Shown here piece by piece: positions 63,836 through 64,000 of a stretch of DNA of 64,000 nt; position 1 is the first letter of the stretch, and each line of letters begins with the position of its first letter. Location: the IMG/VR virus record IMGVR_UViG_3300007276_000045, positions 1 through 64,000 of that record; one strand, 5' to 3'. Below the pieces are notes generated by a model. It saw only the letters and a list, made by a program, of their open reading frames with translations. It searched no databases and was not told the origin of the DNA. This DNA is from a virus. The position numbers and the translations under genes were made by a program.

Positions 63836-64000
63836 ATGACAGACAGTGACAGCAGAACACCCTTACCACCAGCAGACTTCAGCCCTGCTCTCCCAGACTA
63901 CAATAGCTCAGGTACCGCAAGCGTAAGCGGTACTGGTTTTTCCGCGTCGAATGCCTTTGGAGGACCATGGTATATTGAGACCCAATCTCTTAATATCGAA
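63836..64000 (+). CDS. Hypothetical protein running off the right edge
   Basis: AGGAG site and CTATATAAAT box upstream; MTDSDSRTPLPPADFSPALPDYNSSGTASVSGTGFSASNAFGGPWYIETQSLNIE, open to the window end. Confidence 0.65.
   Translation, partial: MTDSDSRTPLPPADFSPALPDYNSSGTASVSGTGFSASNAFGGPWYIETQSLNIE

Larger units (their letters stand above)
1..64000. other. Segment of a large T4-like myovirus genome (morphogenesis region plus part of the replication module)
   Basis: Contiguous homologs of T4 gp17, gp20, gp21, gp22, gp23, gp13, gp14, gp15, gp18, gp19, gp6, gp25, gp55 and UvsW; dense overlapping genes; no host housekeeping genes or integrase. Confidence 0.96.

Noticed and set aside
1-64000. Stop-codon reassignment (alternative genetic code)
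   Set aside because: Conserved genes are full length in the standard code; TAA, TAG and TGA all end genes at expected positions; the polA breaks change frame rather than being in-frame stops

Overview
This 64-kb window is part of a large T4-like (contractile-tailed) bacteriophage genome; the host cannot be determined from the sequence. About 50 kb of the minus strand is a near-complete morphogenesis region: terminase, portal, prohead protease, scaffold, major capsid protein, neck, sheath, tube, tape measure, baseplate, PAAR and fibres/spikes. Isolated plus-strand genes (gp55-like late sigma factor, resolvase-like nuclease, primase, UvsW helicase, glycosyltransferase) are interleaved. The left end holds a replication/nucleotide module. 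I saw no tRNA, rRNA, CRISPR array, intron, intein or IS element. The most unusual observations are: (1) a family-A DNA polymerase split into three translationally coupled genes (UDG-like + exo I/II, exo III + thumb, polymerase core) with altered conserved motifs, close to a thioredoxin-fold protein lacking both redox cysteines; (2) an unannotated probable -1 frameshift (U8 run plus hairpin) fusing the gp26-like and gp51-like frames; (3) a basic polyprotein of four two-cysteine mini-domains separated by prohead-protease-like sites, beside an unannotated 18-aa CxxxC peptide and a CxxC membrane protein; (4) a recurring near-palindromic CTATTATAG box, often between divergent and apparently leaderless genes. 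All family assignments come from motif recognition by eye, not from database searches.
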